64,000 nt of DNA from an uncultured Candidatus Rokubacteria bacterium (GCA_963762145.1 CAVXJS010000008.1:32001-96000), one strand, 5' to 3'. Shown: positions 1 through 8,864, counted from the first letter of the stretch. The notes: a model not told the origin generated them from the letters alone. Numbers and translations: made by a program.

Positions 1-96
1 GCGGAAGCTGGGCCAGAGCGCGAGGAGGACCGGCTCCTCGACGTCCTTGAAATACAGGACCCGGCGGAGGAAGCCGATCTCGGGAAGGCTGGCCAC
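1..96 (-). CDS. N-terminus of a probable cNMP-binding (Crp/Fnr-like) protein, running off the window edge
   Basis: Manual translation from GTG at 96: MASLPEIGFLRRVLYFKDVEEPVLLALWPSFR, resembling the FLRxVxxF start of cNMP-binding domains; only 32 codons visible. Confidence 0.45.
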   Translation of the reverse strand, partial: MASLPEIGFLRRVLYFKDVEEPVLLALWPSFR

Positions 97-123
97 TCAG
101 ATCCGTCCGGCGGGCACCCGCAA

Positions 124-345
124 TCAGGTCGCCCAGCGCTTGAGCATGACGTTCTGCAGCGCGCGCGCCCGATCCCGGTCCGAGACATTGCTGGTGCTGC
201 CCAGGGCGTGCTCGATCGCGGCCCGCTCGTCCGGGGTGAGCTCGAAGCCGGCCAGCACCCGCGCGGGCTCCCGCACGAGCTCGGCGAGGAACTCCTTGTC
301 GATCATCACCTGTCCGACCAGGTCCTGGATGCCCTTGCTCGCCAC
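124..345 (-). CDS. Small NHLP-clan (Os1348/Franean1_4349-like) leader-type protein
   Basis: 73 aa; IQDLVGQVMIDKEFLAELVREPARVLAGFELTPDERAAI matches the nitrile-hydratase-like leader pattern (G+xxxDxxF...P...GxxLTxxE). Confidence 0.6.
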   Translation of the reverse strand: MASKGIQDLVGQVMIDKEFLAELVREPARVLAGFELTPDERAAIEHALGSTSNVSDRDRARALQNVMLKRWAT

Positions 346-461
346 GACCGACCTCGACTTTTCCAGCCCCTCAGAAGATGGCTAGAAGCCCAATTTAGCA
401 TGCACGGCGCGGTTTTAATACCGCCGATCCTCCCTCGGCGCGGCGATCGACGCCCCGGCGG

Positions 462-489
462 TGTCAACGCCTTGCCGATTTCGTTCGTC
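462..489 (+). promoter_or_regulatory. Putative ECF sigma-dependent (autoregulatory) promoter
   Basis: TGTCAAC-N17-CGTC about 40 nt upstream of the ECF sigma start; AAC/CGT is the typical ECF -35/-10 signature. Confidence 0.55.
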
Positions 490-528
490 AGGTCTGATGA
501 GAGGGGACGGAACGCCCGTCAGAGGGAC

Positions 529-1041
529 GTGGAGCCCGCACCCCGGCCGGATCTGCTGGTCGCCGCCCACTACGGGCGGCTCCAACGCCTGTGTCGCCTG
601 CTCCTGGGCGACGCGCAGGAGGCCGACGACGTGGTGCAGGAGGTGTTCCTGAAGGCGCACGAGGCCGAGCGGCTCGGCCAGGTCCCGGCGAGCTGGGGCG
701 CCTGGCTCACCCGGGTCGCGGTCAACGCCTGCCGCGACCGCCGGCGGGCCGGCGGCTGGATGCGCTTCCACCTGCGCGGCGTCCGGCTCGACGAGGTCCC
801 GCTGGTGGCGCTGACGCCCGCGCCCAGCGACGTCGCGATCGGCGAGGAGACCCGCCGACGGATCTGGTTGGCCTTCCGCGCGCTGCCGCGGCGTCAGCAG
901 GAGGTGTTCGCGCTCCGCCACATCGACGAGCAGCCCACGGTGGCGGTCGCGGCGGCCCTCGGGCTGAGCCCCGGGAGCGTGAAGCGGCATCTGTTCCGCG
1001 CGGTGCGCGCGCTGCGCCGGAGCCTGGAGGACACGCGATGA
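529..1041 (+). CDS. ECF-family RNA polymerase sigma-70 factor
   Basis: Region 2 EADDVVQEVFLKA...AWLTRVAVNACRD and region 4 LPRRQQEVFALR...SPGSVKRHLFRA; start placed at GTG 529 after GAGGG, within ORF 208..1041. Confidence 0.9.
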   Translation: MEPAPRPDLLVAAHYGRLQRLCRLLLGDAQEADDVVQEVFLKAHEAERLGQVPASWGAWLTRVAVNACRDRRRAGGWMRFHLRGVRLDEVPLVALTPAPSDVAIGEETRRRIWLAFRALPRRQQEVFALRHIDEQPTVAVAAALGLSPGSVKRHLFRAVRALRRSLEDTR

Positions 1042-1508
1042 GCCCGTGCCTGTCCGACGAGGCGCTCGAGCGCGTCGAAGCGGAGCTCGCCTCGGTGGCC
1101 GAGCGGGCCCATCTGGCCGGCTGTGCGGCGTGCGCGGCGCGCCACCGGCGCATCCGCGGCGAGCTGGCCCTGATCACCGGTGTCCTGCGCGACACGGCCG
1201 AGCCCCGGACGCGGCCGCTCGCCACCCGGCGACGGCGCTGGATGCCCGCCACCGCTGGGCTCGCCGCCGTCGCGGCCGCGCTGCTGATCTGGGTCGAGGT
1301 CGCGGTGTGGCGCGCGGTGACCCCGGTGCCGCCCACCATGCAGCCGCACGAGGTGGCCGCGATCCTGGCCGACGTCTCCGCCGCGCTGTTCTCGGTGAGC
1401 GGCGATCCCGCCACCGCGACGACGGGTGCGACGGCGGACGATCCGGCCGCGAGCCTGGAGCTGATGGCGCAGGAGCTCGACCATGCGCTCACCGGAGGAG
1501 AACCATGA
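1038..1508 (+). CDS. Zinc-binding (ZAS/zf-HC2) membrane anti-sigma factor
   Basis: ATGA overlap with sigma; HLAGCAAC (HxxxCxxC) motif followed by one TM helix (GLAAVAAALLIWVEVAVW). Confidence 0.8.
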   Translation: MSPCLSDEALERVEAELASVAERAHLAGCAACAARHRRIRGELALITGVLRDTAEPRTRPLATRRRRWMPATAGLAAVAAALLIWVEVAVWRAVTPVPPTMQPHEVAAILADVSAALFSVSGDPATATTGATADDPAASLELMAQELDHALTGGEP

Positions 1509-2011
1509 CGAGCCCGTTGACGATCCGAACGATCCTGGCCGCCGCGCTCCTGATCGCCTGGCCCGCCACGGCGACCTTCGCCCAGGCGCCGCCGACCGAC
1601 CCCGGCGCTGCGCTCGGCGGCATGCACGGGTCCACGGGCCGGATGGACGGCGAGCTGTGGCTGATGATCCGCGGCGCGGCCCTGACGCCGGAGCAGCAGG
1701 CGAAGGTGCGCGGGATCCTGTCCACGCACCGCGCCACCACGCGGCCGCTCGTCGAGCAGCTCCGCCAGGCGCAGCAGGAGCTGGGCGCCAAGCTGCTCGC
1801 GCCCGGGCCGCTGCAGCCCGCCGACCTGCAGCCGCAGCTCGGGCGCATCGGCCAGCTCCGCGACCAGCTCGCGCAGGACGGCGCGCAGGCCGCGCTCGAG
1901 GTCCGCGCGGTCCTCACGCCCGAGCAGCTCGCGCGGGCCGCCCAGACCAAGGAGCGGCTGACCCAGCTCCGCGAGGAGATGCGCCAGCTCGTGCAGCCAC
2001 CGCGCCCCTAG
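1505..2011 (+). CDS. Periplasmic Spy/CpxP-family (LTXXQ) protein
   Basis: Signal peptide; LTPEQ motif twice (ALTPEQQAKV, VLTPEQLAR); ATGA overlap with anti-sigma. Confidence 0.85.
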   Translation: MTSPLTIRTILAAALLIAWPATATFAQAPPTDPGAALGGMHGSTGRMDGELWLMIRGAALTPEQQAKVRGILSTHRATTRPLVEQLRQAQQELGAKLLAPGPLQPADLQPQLGRIGQLRDQLAQDGAQAALEVRAVLTPEQLARAAQTKERLTQLREEMRQLVQPPRP

Positions 2012-2012
2012 C

Positions 2013-2297
2013 ATGAAGCGCCTGCTCGTCATCCTGCTGCTGCTCGCCATCGCGCTGCCCGGGCTCGCCCACGCGAGCCCGCCGGATCCTGCCTGGATCC
2101 CGGGCATCTACGACGATGACGACGGCGACGCGATCGGCGCGCTGATCGGCTCCGGGGCCGGAGCCGCGCCGCCGGCCGCGCCCGGCGCCGGCCCGCTCTT
2201 CCTCCCGCTGATCGCCCGCCTGGCCCCGACCCGGGAGCGGCCACCGCTCCAGGTGTGGGCCTCCGCGGCCCCGTCCCGCGCTCCACCCGCTCGCTAA
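2013..2297 (+). CDS. Small secreted protein with acidic motif and C-terminal RAPP motif (candidate arrest peptide)
   Basis: Sec signal MKRLLVILLLLAIALPGLAHA, then SPPDPAWIPGIYDDDDGD, ending SRAPPAR-stop. Confidence 0.7.
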   Translation: MKRLLVILLLLAIALPGLAHASPPDPAWIPGIYDDDDGDAIGALIGSGAGAAPPAAPGAGPLFLPLIARLAPTRERPPLQVWASAAPSRAPPAR

Positions 2298-2354
2298 CCC
2301 CGCCTCGATCCCGTCGTCTCCGATCACCTCACACCCAACGGAGGAGGACTGTTC

Positions 2355-2804
2355 ATGCTCAGGATCGTCAAGCTGCTCGTGGCGAGCTTTGCGGTGGCCG
2401 CGCTCGGCGTGGCCGGACTCGACGCGCACGTGGCGCGCGCCGACTGGCGCGCGATCGCGGTGGACTGGGACGAGTCGGCGCCCGTGGTCAAGACCCTCGA
2501 CCCGGACGACGAGGGCGCCCTCGCCGACCACTTCTTCCACGTCGAGTGGACGGCCGGGCCGGGCGCAACCGGCCGCACCCGGATCACCGGCTACGTCTAC
2601 AACGACTATGGCGATTCCGCGATCCACGTCGCGCTGCGCATCCACGAGATCGACGCGAGCGGCAACGACGTCGCCAGCGTGGTCGCGCCGATCGGCGAAG
2701 CCGTCCCGGGTCACGGTCGGACCTACTTCGACGTCGCGGTCCCAAGTAGCCGCTTCTACCGGGTGGACGTGGCGTCCTTCGACTTCGTCGAGCTCCCCGG
2801 CTAA
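2355..2804 (+). CDS. Secreted beta-rich protein, FxLYD-like Ig-fold domain
   Basis: SD GGAGGAGG; signal peptide; ITGYVYNDYG...IDASG...VPGHGRTYFDV pattern. Confidence 0.65.
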   Translation: MLRIVKLLVASFAVAALGVAGLDAHVARADWRAIAVDWDESAPVVKTLDPDDEGALADHFFHVEWTAGPGATGRTRITGYVYNDYGDSAIHVALRIHEIDASGNDVASVVAPIGEAVPGHGRTYFDVAVPSSRFYRVDVASFDFVELPG

Positions 2805-2817
2805 GGAGGCAGACACC

Positions 2818-3384
2818 ATGCTCGATCGGGAGCCCGGGGCCGTGGTCGCGGTGTTCCCCACCAACCACTTCATCATCGAGGAATCGCACTTCACGAGCCA
2901 CGTCGCCGAGGCCGCCGCCTACGTGCGGACGCATCCCGGGTGGCTGCTGCTGCTGGGCGTGCCCCCGACGGAGGCGGCGCCCGCGCACGGGTGGATCGAG
3001 CCCGGCGAGCCGGTGGGCTCGACGGGCCGCCGCGCGGTCCATCGCGTTCGTGCGTTCCACGACGAGCCGCCCGCGGGGCGTGCCCTGTGCAACACCCTCG
3101 TCTTCACCGCCACCGTCACCGCCCTCGTGGAGGCCGGCCGGGCATGCCTGCCCCTGCTCCACGACCGGCTCACCCGCTTCGATCTGTTCACCGGCACGCG
3201 CTACGAGGCCATCGCGCTCCAGCAGGCCTATCTCTTCGCGCCCACCGCGGATTTCTCCCGCGCGGTCCTCGCGTCGGCCGACGTCCCGCTGGCGGTCGTG
3301 GAGATCCCGGCGCTGACCTGGTGGGACCTGGGCACGCCGGAGCGCGTGTCCCGCAGCGTCGGGATGGGGAGTCCCCGCGAATGA
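2818..3384 (+). CDS. N-terminally truncated mannose-1-phosphate guanylyltransferase-like protein
   Basis: SD AAGGAGG; [11 protein letters not shown] (cf. PSDH), [16 protein letters not shown] (cf. GIxP..YGYI), WWDLGTPER (cf. WSDLG); lacks the N-terminal LAGGxGxR motif. Confidence 0.6.
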   Translation: MLDREPGAVVAVFPTNHFIIEESHFTSHVAEAAAYVRTHPGWLLLLGVPPTEAAPAHGWIEPGEPVGSTGRRAVHRVRAFHDEPPAGRALCNTLVFTATVTALVEAGRACLPLLHDRLTRFDLFTGTRYEAIALQQAYLFAPTADFSRAVLASADVPLAVVEIPALTWWDLGTPERVSRSVGMGSPRE

Positions 3385-3447
3385 TGCGTCCGGGCTCCCC
3401 GTCGAAATATGCTACAAGCGAAGCCACACAGAGGGGAGGCGACCGAC

Positions 3448-3829
3448 ATGGCGGGGCGGGCCCGGAGGTTCTGGGTGATCTGCGTCATCCTGTCGGTGGT
3501 CATCGCGGCCGGCGCGTACTACGCGGTGGCCCGGCCCAAGCGTCCTCAGCCGGTGGCGCCCGCGGCCCGATCCTCATGACGACGATGGCCGCCCTGCTGG
3601 GCGCCCTGCCCCTGGCGCTCGGTACCGGCACCGGCTCCGAGCTGCGCCGCCCGCTGGGCGTCAGCATCGTGGGGGCCTGCTGCTGAGCCAGCTCCTCACC
3701 CTCTACACGACGCCCGTCGTGTACCTGTTCCTCGAGCGCTGGCGCTTGCGCACGGTGAGCGGCTGGCGCAAGCTCTCCGGGCGGCTCGGCGGGCGACGGC
3801 CCATCGAGCAGATCAGCGGCGGCAAGTAA
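3448..3829 (+). pseudogene. Collapsed RND efflux remnant: adaptor-like N-terminal anchor joined to the C-terminal end of an MdtB/MdtC-type permease
   Basis: 3448-3579 [31 protein letters not shown]... with SD; from about 3562 [36 protein letters not shown](fs)[21 protein letters not shown], the last two TM helices of MdtB/C. Confidence 0.8.
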
Positions 3830-3857
3830 CCCCTCATCCCAGGAGACGACGATCGTC

Positions 3858-4475
3858 ATGGAGCTCGATCCCAAGACCCTCAAGGCCGAGTCCACCTACA
3901 AGCTGCTGATCGGATGCGTGGTGCCGCGGCCGATCGCGTGGGTCTCCACGGTGGGCTCCGACGGCGTGAACAACCTCGCCCCCTTCAGCTTCTTCATGGG
4001 GGTCTGCGGGGACCCGCCGACCATCGCGTTCTCCTCGGGCCCGCGCTCGAAGGATCACAAGGACACGGTGCGCAACGCCGAGCACACCGGTGACTTCGTG
4101 GTGAACATCGTGGACGACGACCGCGCCGAGCAGATGAACCTGAGCTCGGGCGAGTACCCGCCCGAGGTGGACGAGTTCACGCTCACCGGCCTCACCGCCG
4201 CCCCCGGGGTGCGGGTGCGCTCGCCCCGCGTGGTCCAGGCGCCGGTCAGCCTCGAGTGCCGCGTGGCCCAGGTCATCCCGGTCGGGCGCGGGCCCCACAG
4301 CCTGGTGCTGGGCGAGATCGTGTACTTCCACGTGCGCGACGACGTCTACGACGCGGCCACCGGGCGCATCGACGTGGGCCGCCTCAAGCCGATCGGCCGC
4401 CTCGCCGGCCACCAGTACTCCTACATCCACGACATCTTCGAGATGAAGCGCCCGAACGAGAACTACAAGGGGTAG
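3858..4475 (+). CDS. Flavin reductase-like FMN-binding protein (DIM6/NTAB family)
   Basis: VVPRPIAWVST, NLAPFSFF, KDTVRN, PIGRLAG motifs. Confidence 0.92.
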   Translation: MELDPKTLKAESTYKLLIGCVVPRPIAWVSTVGSDGVNNLAPFSFFMGVCGDPPTIAFSSGPRSKDHKDTVRNAEHTGDFVVNIVDDDRAEQMNLSSGEYPPEVDEFTLTGLTAAPGVRVRSPRVVQAPVSLECRVAQVIPVGRGPHSLVLGEIVYFHVRDDVYDAATGRIDVGRLKPIGRLAGHQYSYIHDIFEMKRPNENYKG

Positions 4476-4508
4476 CCGCGGCCCCCGGCCAGCGGGGCCG
4501 GTGACGGA

Positions 4509-6041
4509 TCAGGCCAGCGCGCGGGCAACCTTCTCCAGCAGGCCGTCGGGCGAGAACTTCCGGTGGACGAGCCACTCCTCGGGCGCGTGCAGGACGAGGC
4601 GCGGATCGGGCTCGCCGACGTCGCCGACCACGAACAGGGTCCGGAGCGAGGGCCGCGTCTGGCGCAGGCGCGCGGCCAGCTCGGCGCCGTTCAGCCGCTC
4701 GAGCATCACGTCGGCGATCAGCAGGTCGATGGCGCCCGGGTGCAGGGAGGCGACGGCCAGCGCCTCCTCCGCGCCCGGGGCGGCGAGGACCGTGTACCCA
4801 CAGCCGCCCAGCGCCTCGACGAGACGATTCGCGGTCGCGCGGTCTTCCTCGACCACGAGCACGGTGGCGTCCGACGCGGGCCGGACCGGAGCGGCCGGTG
4901 CCACGGGCAGGTGGATGCGCACCGTGGTTCCCACCCCGATCACGCTGTCCATCTCGACGTGGCCGCCGTGCTGCTGCACGGAACCGTAGACCATCGCGAG
5001 CCCGAGCCCGGTGCCCGAGCCGACGTCCTTCGTGGTGAAGAACGGCTCGAAGGCGCGCGCCCGCACCTCCTCGCTCATCCCGTGGCCGGTGTCGGCGACC
5101 GAGAGCGTGACCGACGCCGCGGCGCCGCGCCCGCCGGTGACCGCGGTCGCGACGATGATCCGCCCGCCCTCCGGCATCGCGTCGGCGGCGTTCCCCAGGA
5201 GCTGCTGGACCACGTGCTCGAGCTGGGTGCGGTCCGCGTCGAGCGGCGGCAGCCCGTCGCGGAGCCGGGTGACGAGGTCGACGCCGGGCGGCAGCCCGCG
5301 TTGCAGCGCGGGCAGCGCACCGCGCAGGACGTCGTTGAGCTCGAGCCGCCGCGGCGCGAAGGCCTGCCGCCGGCAGAAGGCCACGAGCTGCGCGGTGAGG
5401 TGGGTCGCGCGCTGGCCCGCGCGCTCCACGATCTCGAGCTGGCCGCGCAGGGTCGCGTCGTCGCGGTACTGGGTGAGCAGCCACTGCGCGCGCCCCAGGA
5501 TCACGGTCATGAGGTTGTTGAACTCGTGGGCCACCCCGCCCGCGAGCCGCCCCACCGCCTCGAGCTTCTGCGCCTCGCGGAGCCGGGTCTGGCTCTCCCC
5601 GAGCGCCGCCTCCGCGCGCTTGCGCGCGGTGATGTCGCGGGTCACGCTGAGGATGCCGGTGGGCCGCCCGCTCTCGTCCCGCACCCAGGTGAAGGTCGAT
5701 TCCACCCACACCGTCGATCCGTCCTTGCACGGCTGCTCGAGCTCGAGGCGCCGGAAGGAGTTCGGCGGGGTCTGGCCCGCCTGCTCGACCGCCATCACCT
5801 CCACGAAGGCCTGGTTCACCACCTCCTGCGAGTGCGGGGTGAGCCGCTCCGCCGGCCCCTGGAGGAGACACTCCTCGGGCGTGTAGCCGCGCAGCTGGTA
5901 CACGGAGGGACTCACGTAGATCGCGCGCCCCTCGAGGTCGAAGACCGCGAAGACGTCGGCGGAGTGAGTGGCCAGCAGCCGGTAGAGGCGCTCGCCCTCC
6001 TCGGCCAGACGGGCCGGGGTCTGCGGGGCGGGATCGGTCAT
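4509..6041 (-). CDS. PAS-domain hybrid sensor histidine kinase with (degenerate) receiver domain
   Basis: PAS/PAC (RDITARK), H-box GRLAGGVAHEFNNLM, FEPFFTTK..GTGLGL, C-terminal REC. Confidence 0.92.
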   Translation of the reverse strand: MTDPAPQTPARLAEEGERLYRLLATHSADVFAVFDLEGRAIYVSPSVYQLRGYTPEECLLQGPAERLTPHSQEVVNQAFVEVMAVEQAGQTPPNSFRRLELEQPCKDGSTVWVESTFTWVRDESGRPTGILSVTRDITARKRAEAALGESQTRLREAQKLEAVGRLAGGVAHEFNNLMTVILGRAQWLLTQYRDDATLRGQLEIVERAGQRATHLTAQLVAFCRRQAFAPRRLELNDVLRGALPALQRGLPPGVDLVTRLRDGLPPLDADRTQLEHVVQQLLGNAADAMPEGGRIIVATAVTGGRGAAASVTLSVADTGHGMSEEVRARAFEPFFTTKDVGSGTGLGLAMVYGSVQQHGGHVEMDSVIGVGTTVRIHLPVAPAAPVRPASDATVLVVEEDRATANRLVEALGGCGYTVLAAPGAEEALAVASLHPGAIDLLIADVMLERLNGAELAARLRQTRPSLRTLFVVGDVGEPDPRLVLHAPEEWLVHRKFSPDGLLEKVARALA

Positions 6042-6084
6042 GATCGATTCACGATATCACGGGGCCCAAAGGGCCCGGCCATCC

Positions 6085-7146
6085 TCACGCCCTCTCGCGC
6101 CGGATCTCCTGGACGAGCTCGCGGAGGATCCCCTGCTCGGCGGCAGTGGCCGCGGGGATGCTGAACTCCACGTCGGTGACGAGACCGCGATAGCGCTCCA
6201 CGAGCTTCCGCCCGATCTCGGCGTAGGTGCCCACCACCGCGTAGGTGTGGAGGACCTCGTCGTCGATGCGGGCGGGCATCTCCTCCCAGCGCTGGGCGCG
6301 CGAGAGCACCGCCAGCTCGGCGGCCAGGTCGCCGAGACCGTGCAGCTCGAAGGCGGCGCGATAGCCCGGGGTGGATGCGTAGAAGGCCACGCGCGCCCGC
6401 ACGTCCCGCACCCGCGCCACGAGCGTGGCCTCGTCGGGCGCGGCGCAGACCAGCGGCTTCATCGCGACCGCGAGCGCGGGGCTCCGTCCCGCCGCGGCCG
6501 CGCCCGCCCGCATCGCGGGCAGCATCACGTCGCGGATGTAGCGCGGCGTGCACACCGGATGCGGGCGCAGCCCGTCGGCCACCTCGCCCACGAAGCGGCA
6601 CATGGTGGGATTCACCGCGGCCACGTGGATCGGGATGTCGGGGTGCTCGATCGGTCCCGGATCGAAGAGCGGGACCATCAGGCTCAGGTTGTAGTGCGGG
6701 CTCTCGAAGGCGAGCGGCGCGCCCTGCTGCCACGCCGCCCACACCGCGCGCACCGCCCGCACATAGTCGCGCATCCACGGCCCGGGCGGCCGGTACGTCA
6801 GGCCGAAGCGCCGCGTGATGTGGCCTCGCACCTGGCTGCCGAGCCCGAGCACGAAGCGCCCGCGCGAGAGCTTCTGGATGCTCCACGCCGACATCGCGGT
6901 CACGGTCGGGCTGCGCGGGAACGCCATCGCCACCGCGGTGGTGAGGCGGAGGCGCGTGGTGCCCGCCGCGGCGAGCGCCATGACCACGTACGGGTCCACC
7001 TTGGTCTCCTCCACCGCGAGGCCGTCGTAGCCGAGCGATTCCACGAGCCGCGCGTCGTCGACGACGCGGCCGAGGTCGAGCGGCGTCTCGGCGGCCCGGA
7101 GGCCGGGATCGAGCTTGCCGAGCGGCAGGAGCGTCTCGACGCGCAT
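6085..7146 (-). CDS. LLM-class oxidoreductase, probably F420-dependent (TIGR03617-like)
   Basis: AFPRSPTVTA, GRFVLGLGSQVRGHITRRFG, FYASTPGY motifs. Confidence 0.88.
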   Translation of the reverse strand: MRVETLLPLGKLDPGLRAAETPLDLGRVVDDARLVESLGYDGLAVEETKVDPYVVMALAAAGTTRLRLTTAVAMAFPRSPTVTAMSAWSIQKLSRGRFVLGLGSQVRGHITRRFGLTYRPPGPWMRDYVRAVRAVWAAWQQGAPLAFESPHYNLSLMVPLFDPGPIEHPDIPIHVAAVNPTMCRFVGEVADGLRPHPVCTPRYIRDVMLPAMRAGAAAAGRSPALAVAMKPLVCAAPDEATLVARVRDVRARVAFYASTPGYRAAFELHGLGDLAAELAVLSRAQRWEEMPARIDDEVLHTYAVVGTYAEIGRKLVERYRGLVTDVEFSIPAATAAEQGILRELVQEIRRERA

Positions 7147-7212
7147 GGGGCGTCATGCTAGCGGATGCATTTGCACCTGACAACGGGCGCGAGACGGGCT
7201 ATCGTTACCGCC

Positions 7213-7986
7213 GTGATCCAACTCTTCGCGCTCTGCGGCGGGTACATCGAGCTGGACCGGGCCAGCATGCTGGACGACCTCCCGGCGGGACAGCCCTGGA
7301 CGGTGCCGGTGATGACCTTCCTGGTCGCCCACCCGCGCGGGCGGCTTCTCTTCGACACCGGCATTCACGCCCAGGCCCGCCTGGATCCGATCGGGCGCAT
7401 GGGCGCCGAGCGGGCCAAGCGGCTCGCGGTGAAGTCGAAGGAGGGAGAGGACGTGGTGCCCCAGCTCGCGCTCCTCGGGCTCCGGCCCGACGACGTCACC
7501 TACGTGGCCAACTCGCACCTGCACTTCGACCACTGCGGCGGCAACGAGTTCTTCCCGCGCGCGACCTTCCTGGTGCAGAAGGCGGAGATGGACGCGGCGC
7601 GGCGGCCCGGCTTCGCCCCCGGCTACAACCCGAGCCCGATCGATTTCGACCATCCCCTCGACTACCGGCTCATCGACGGCGAGCACGACGTCTTCGGTGA
7701 CGGCAGCGTGATCCTCTTCCCCACCTTCGGCCACACGCCCGGGCACCAGTCCCTCCGCGTGCGCCTGGGCAAGGGGGCGGACATGGTCTGCGCCGCCGAC
7801 GCGTGCTACACGCGGGAGAACATGGATCGGGACGTGCTGCCGCGCATCCTCTGGAACGGCCCGATCATGCGGGAGTCGCTCGCCGCCCTCCGGCGCCTGC
7901 GGGACCAGGCGGGCGCCACCGTGTTCTTCGGTCACGATCCCGCGCAGTGGCAGGCGACGCCGCAGGCGCCTGCCGCCATCGCCTAG
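7213..7986 (+). CDS. N-acyl-homoserine-lactonase-family metallo-beta-lactamase-fold hydrolase
   Basis: SHLHFDHCG (HxHxDH), GHTPGHQS, FFGHD; start placed at GTG 7213 within ORF 7165..7986. Confidence 0.9.
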   Translation: MIQLFALCGGYIELDRASMLDDLPAGQPWTVPVMTFLVAHPRGRLLFDTGIHAQARLDPIGRMGAERAKRLAVKSKEGEDVVPQLALLGLRPDDVTYVANSHLHFDHCGGNEFFPRATFLVQKAEMDAARRPGFAPGYNPSPIDFDHPLDYRLIDGEHDVFGDGSVILFPTFGHTPGHQSLRVRLGKGADMVCAADACYTRENMDRDVLPRILWNGPIMRESLAALRRLRDQAGATVFFGHDPAQWQATPQAPAAIA

Positions 7987-7999
7987 CCCGACGCCGCCG

Positions 8000-8839
8000 G
8001 TGCTCGCCACCCTGCTCGACGGGCTCACGTTCCCCGAGGGGCCCCGCTGGCACGACGGCCGCCTCTGGTTCTCGGACTTCTACACCCACCGAGTGCTGGC
8101 TGTCTCGCCTGACGGGACCGTAGAAACCATTCTGGAAATCCCGCAGCGCCCGTCGGGCCTCGGCTGGACGCCGGACGGGGCCCTGCTCGTGGTGTCCATG
8201 CTCGACCGCCGCGTGCTGCGCGTGGAGAACGGCGCGACGCGCGTGCTCGCCGATCTCTCCGCGGTCGCGACCGGGCCGTGCAACGACATGGTGGTGGACG
8301 GCCGGGGCCGGGCCTACGTCGGCAACTTCGGCTACGACCGGCACAAGGGTGAGCCGCCGCGGACCACGTGCCTGGCGCGGGTGGATCCGGACGGCCGCGT
8401 CACCCGCGCGGCCGAGGACCTCTTCTTCCCCAACGGCACCGTCATCACCCCCGACGGCCGCACCATGATCGTCGGCGAGACGCAGGGGCACCGCCTCACC
8501 GCCTTCGACGTGGCGCCCGACGGCACGCTGAGCAACCGGCGCGTGTGGGCGCAATTCGAGGACGCGGTCTTCCCCGACGGCATCTGCCTCGACGCCGAGG
8601 GGGCGATCTGGGTCTCCGACGCGCGCGGATCGGCGCTGCTGCGGGTGCGCGAGGGCGGGAAGATCGACGGCACCGTCTCCACCGGAAGCCGGTACGCCTT
8701 CGCCTGCATGCTCGGCGGCGCCGACCGGCGCACCCTGTTCGTCTGTACCAGCACCGGCAGCGGGCCGGGGATGGCCGACAAGCGCGACGGCGCGATCGAG
8801 ACCGTCCGCGTGGACGTGCCCGGCGCGGGGCGCCCCTGA
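8000..8839 (+). CDS. SMP-30/gluconolactonase/LRE family protein
   Basis: FPEGPRW, CNDMVVD, FPNG, FPDGICLDAEG motifs. Confidence 0.92.
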   Translation: MLATLLDGLTFPEGPRWHDGRLWFSDFYTHRVLAVSPDGTVETILEIPQRPSGLGWTPDGALLVVSMLDRRVLRVENGATRVLADLSAVATGPCNDMVVDGRGRAYVGNFGYDRHKGEPPRTTCLARVDPDGRVTRAAEDLFFPNGTVITPDGRTMIVGETQGHRLTAFDVAPDGTLSNRRVWAQFEDAVFPDGICLDAEGAIWVSDARGSALLRVREGGKIDGTVSTGSRYAFACMLGGADRRTLFVCTSTGSGPGMADKRDGAIETVRVDVPGAGRP

Positions 8840-8864
8840 CCTCCTCACGAAAGGCTGGCCTGCC

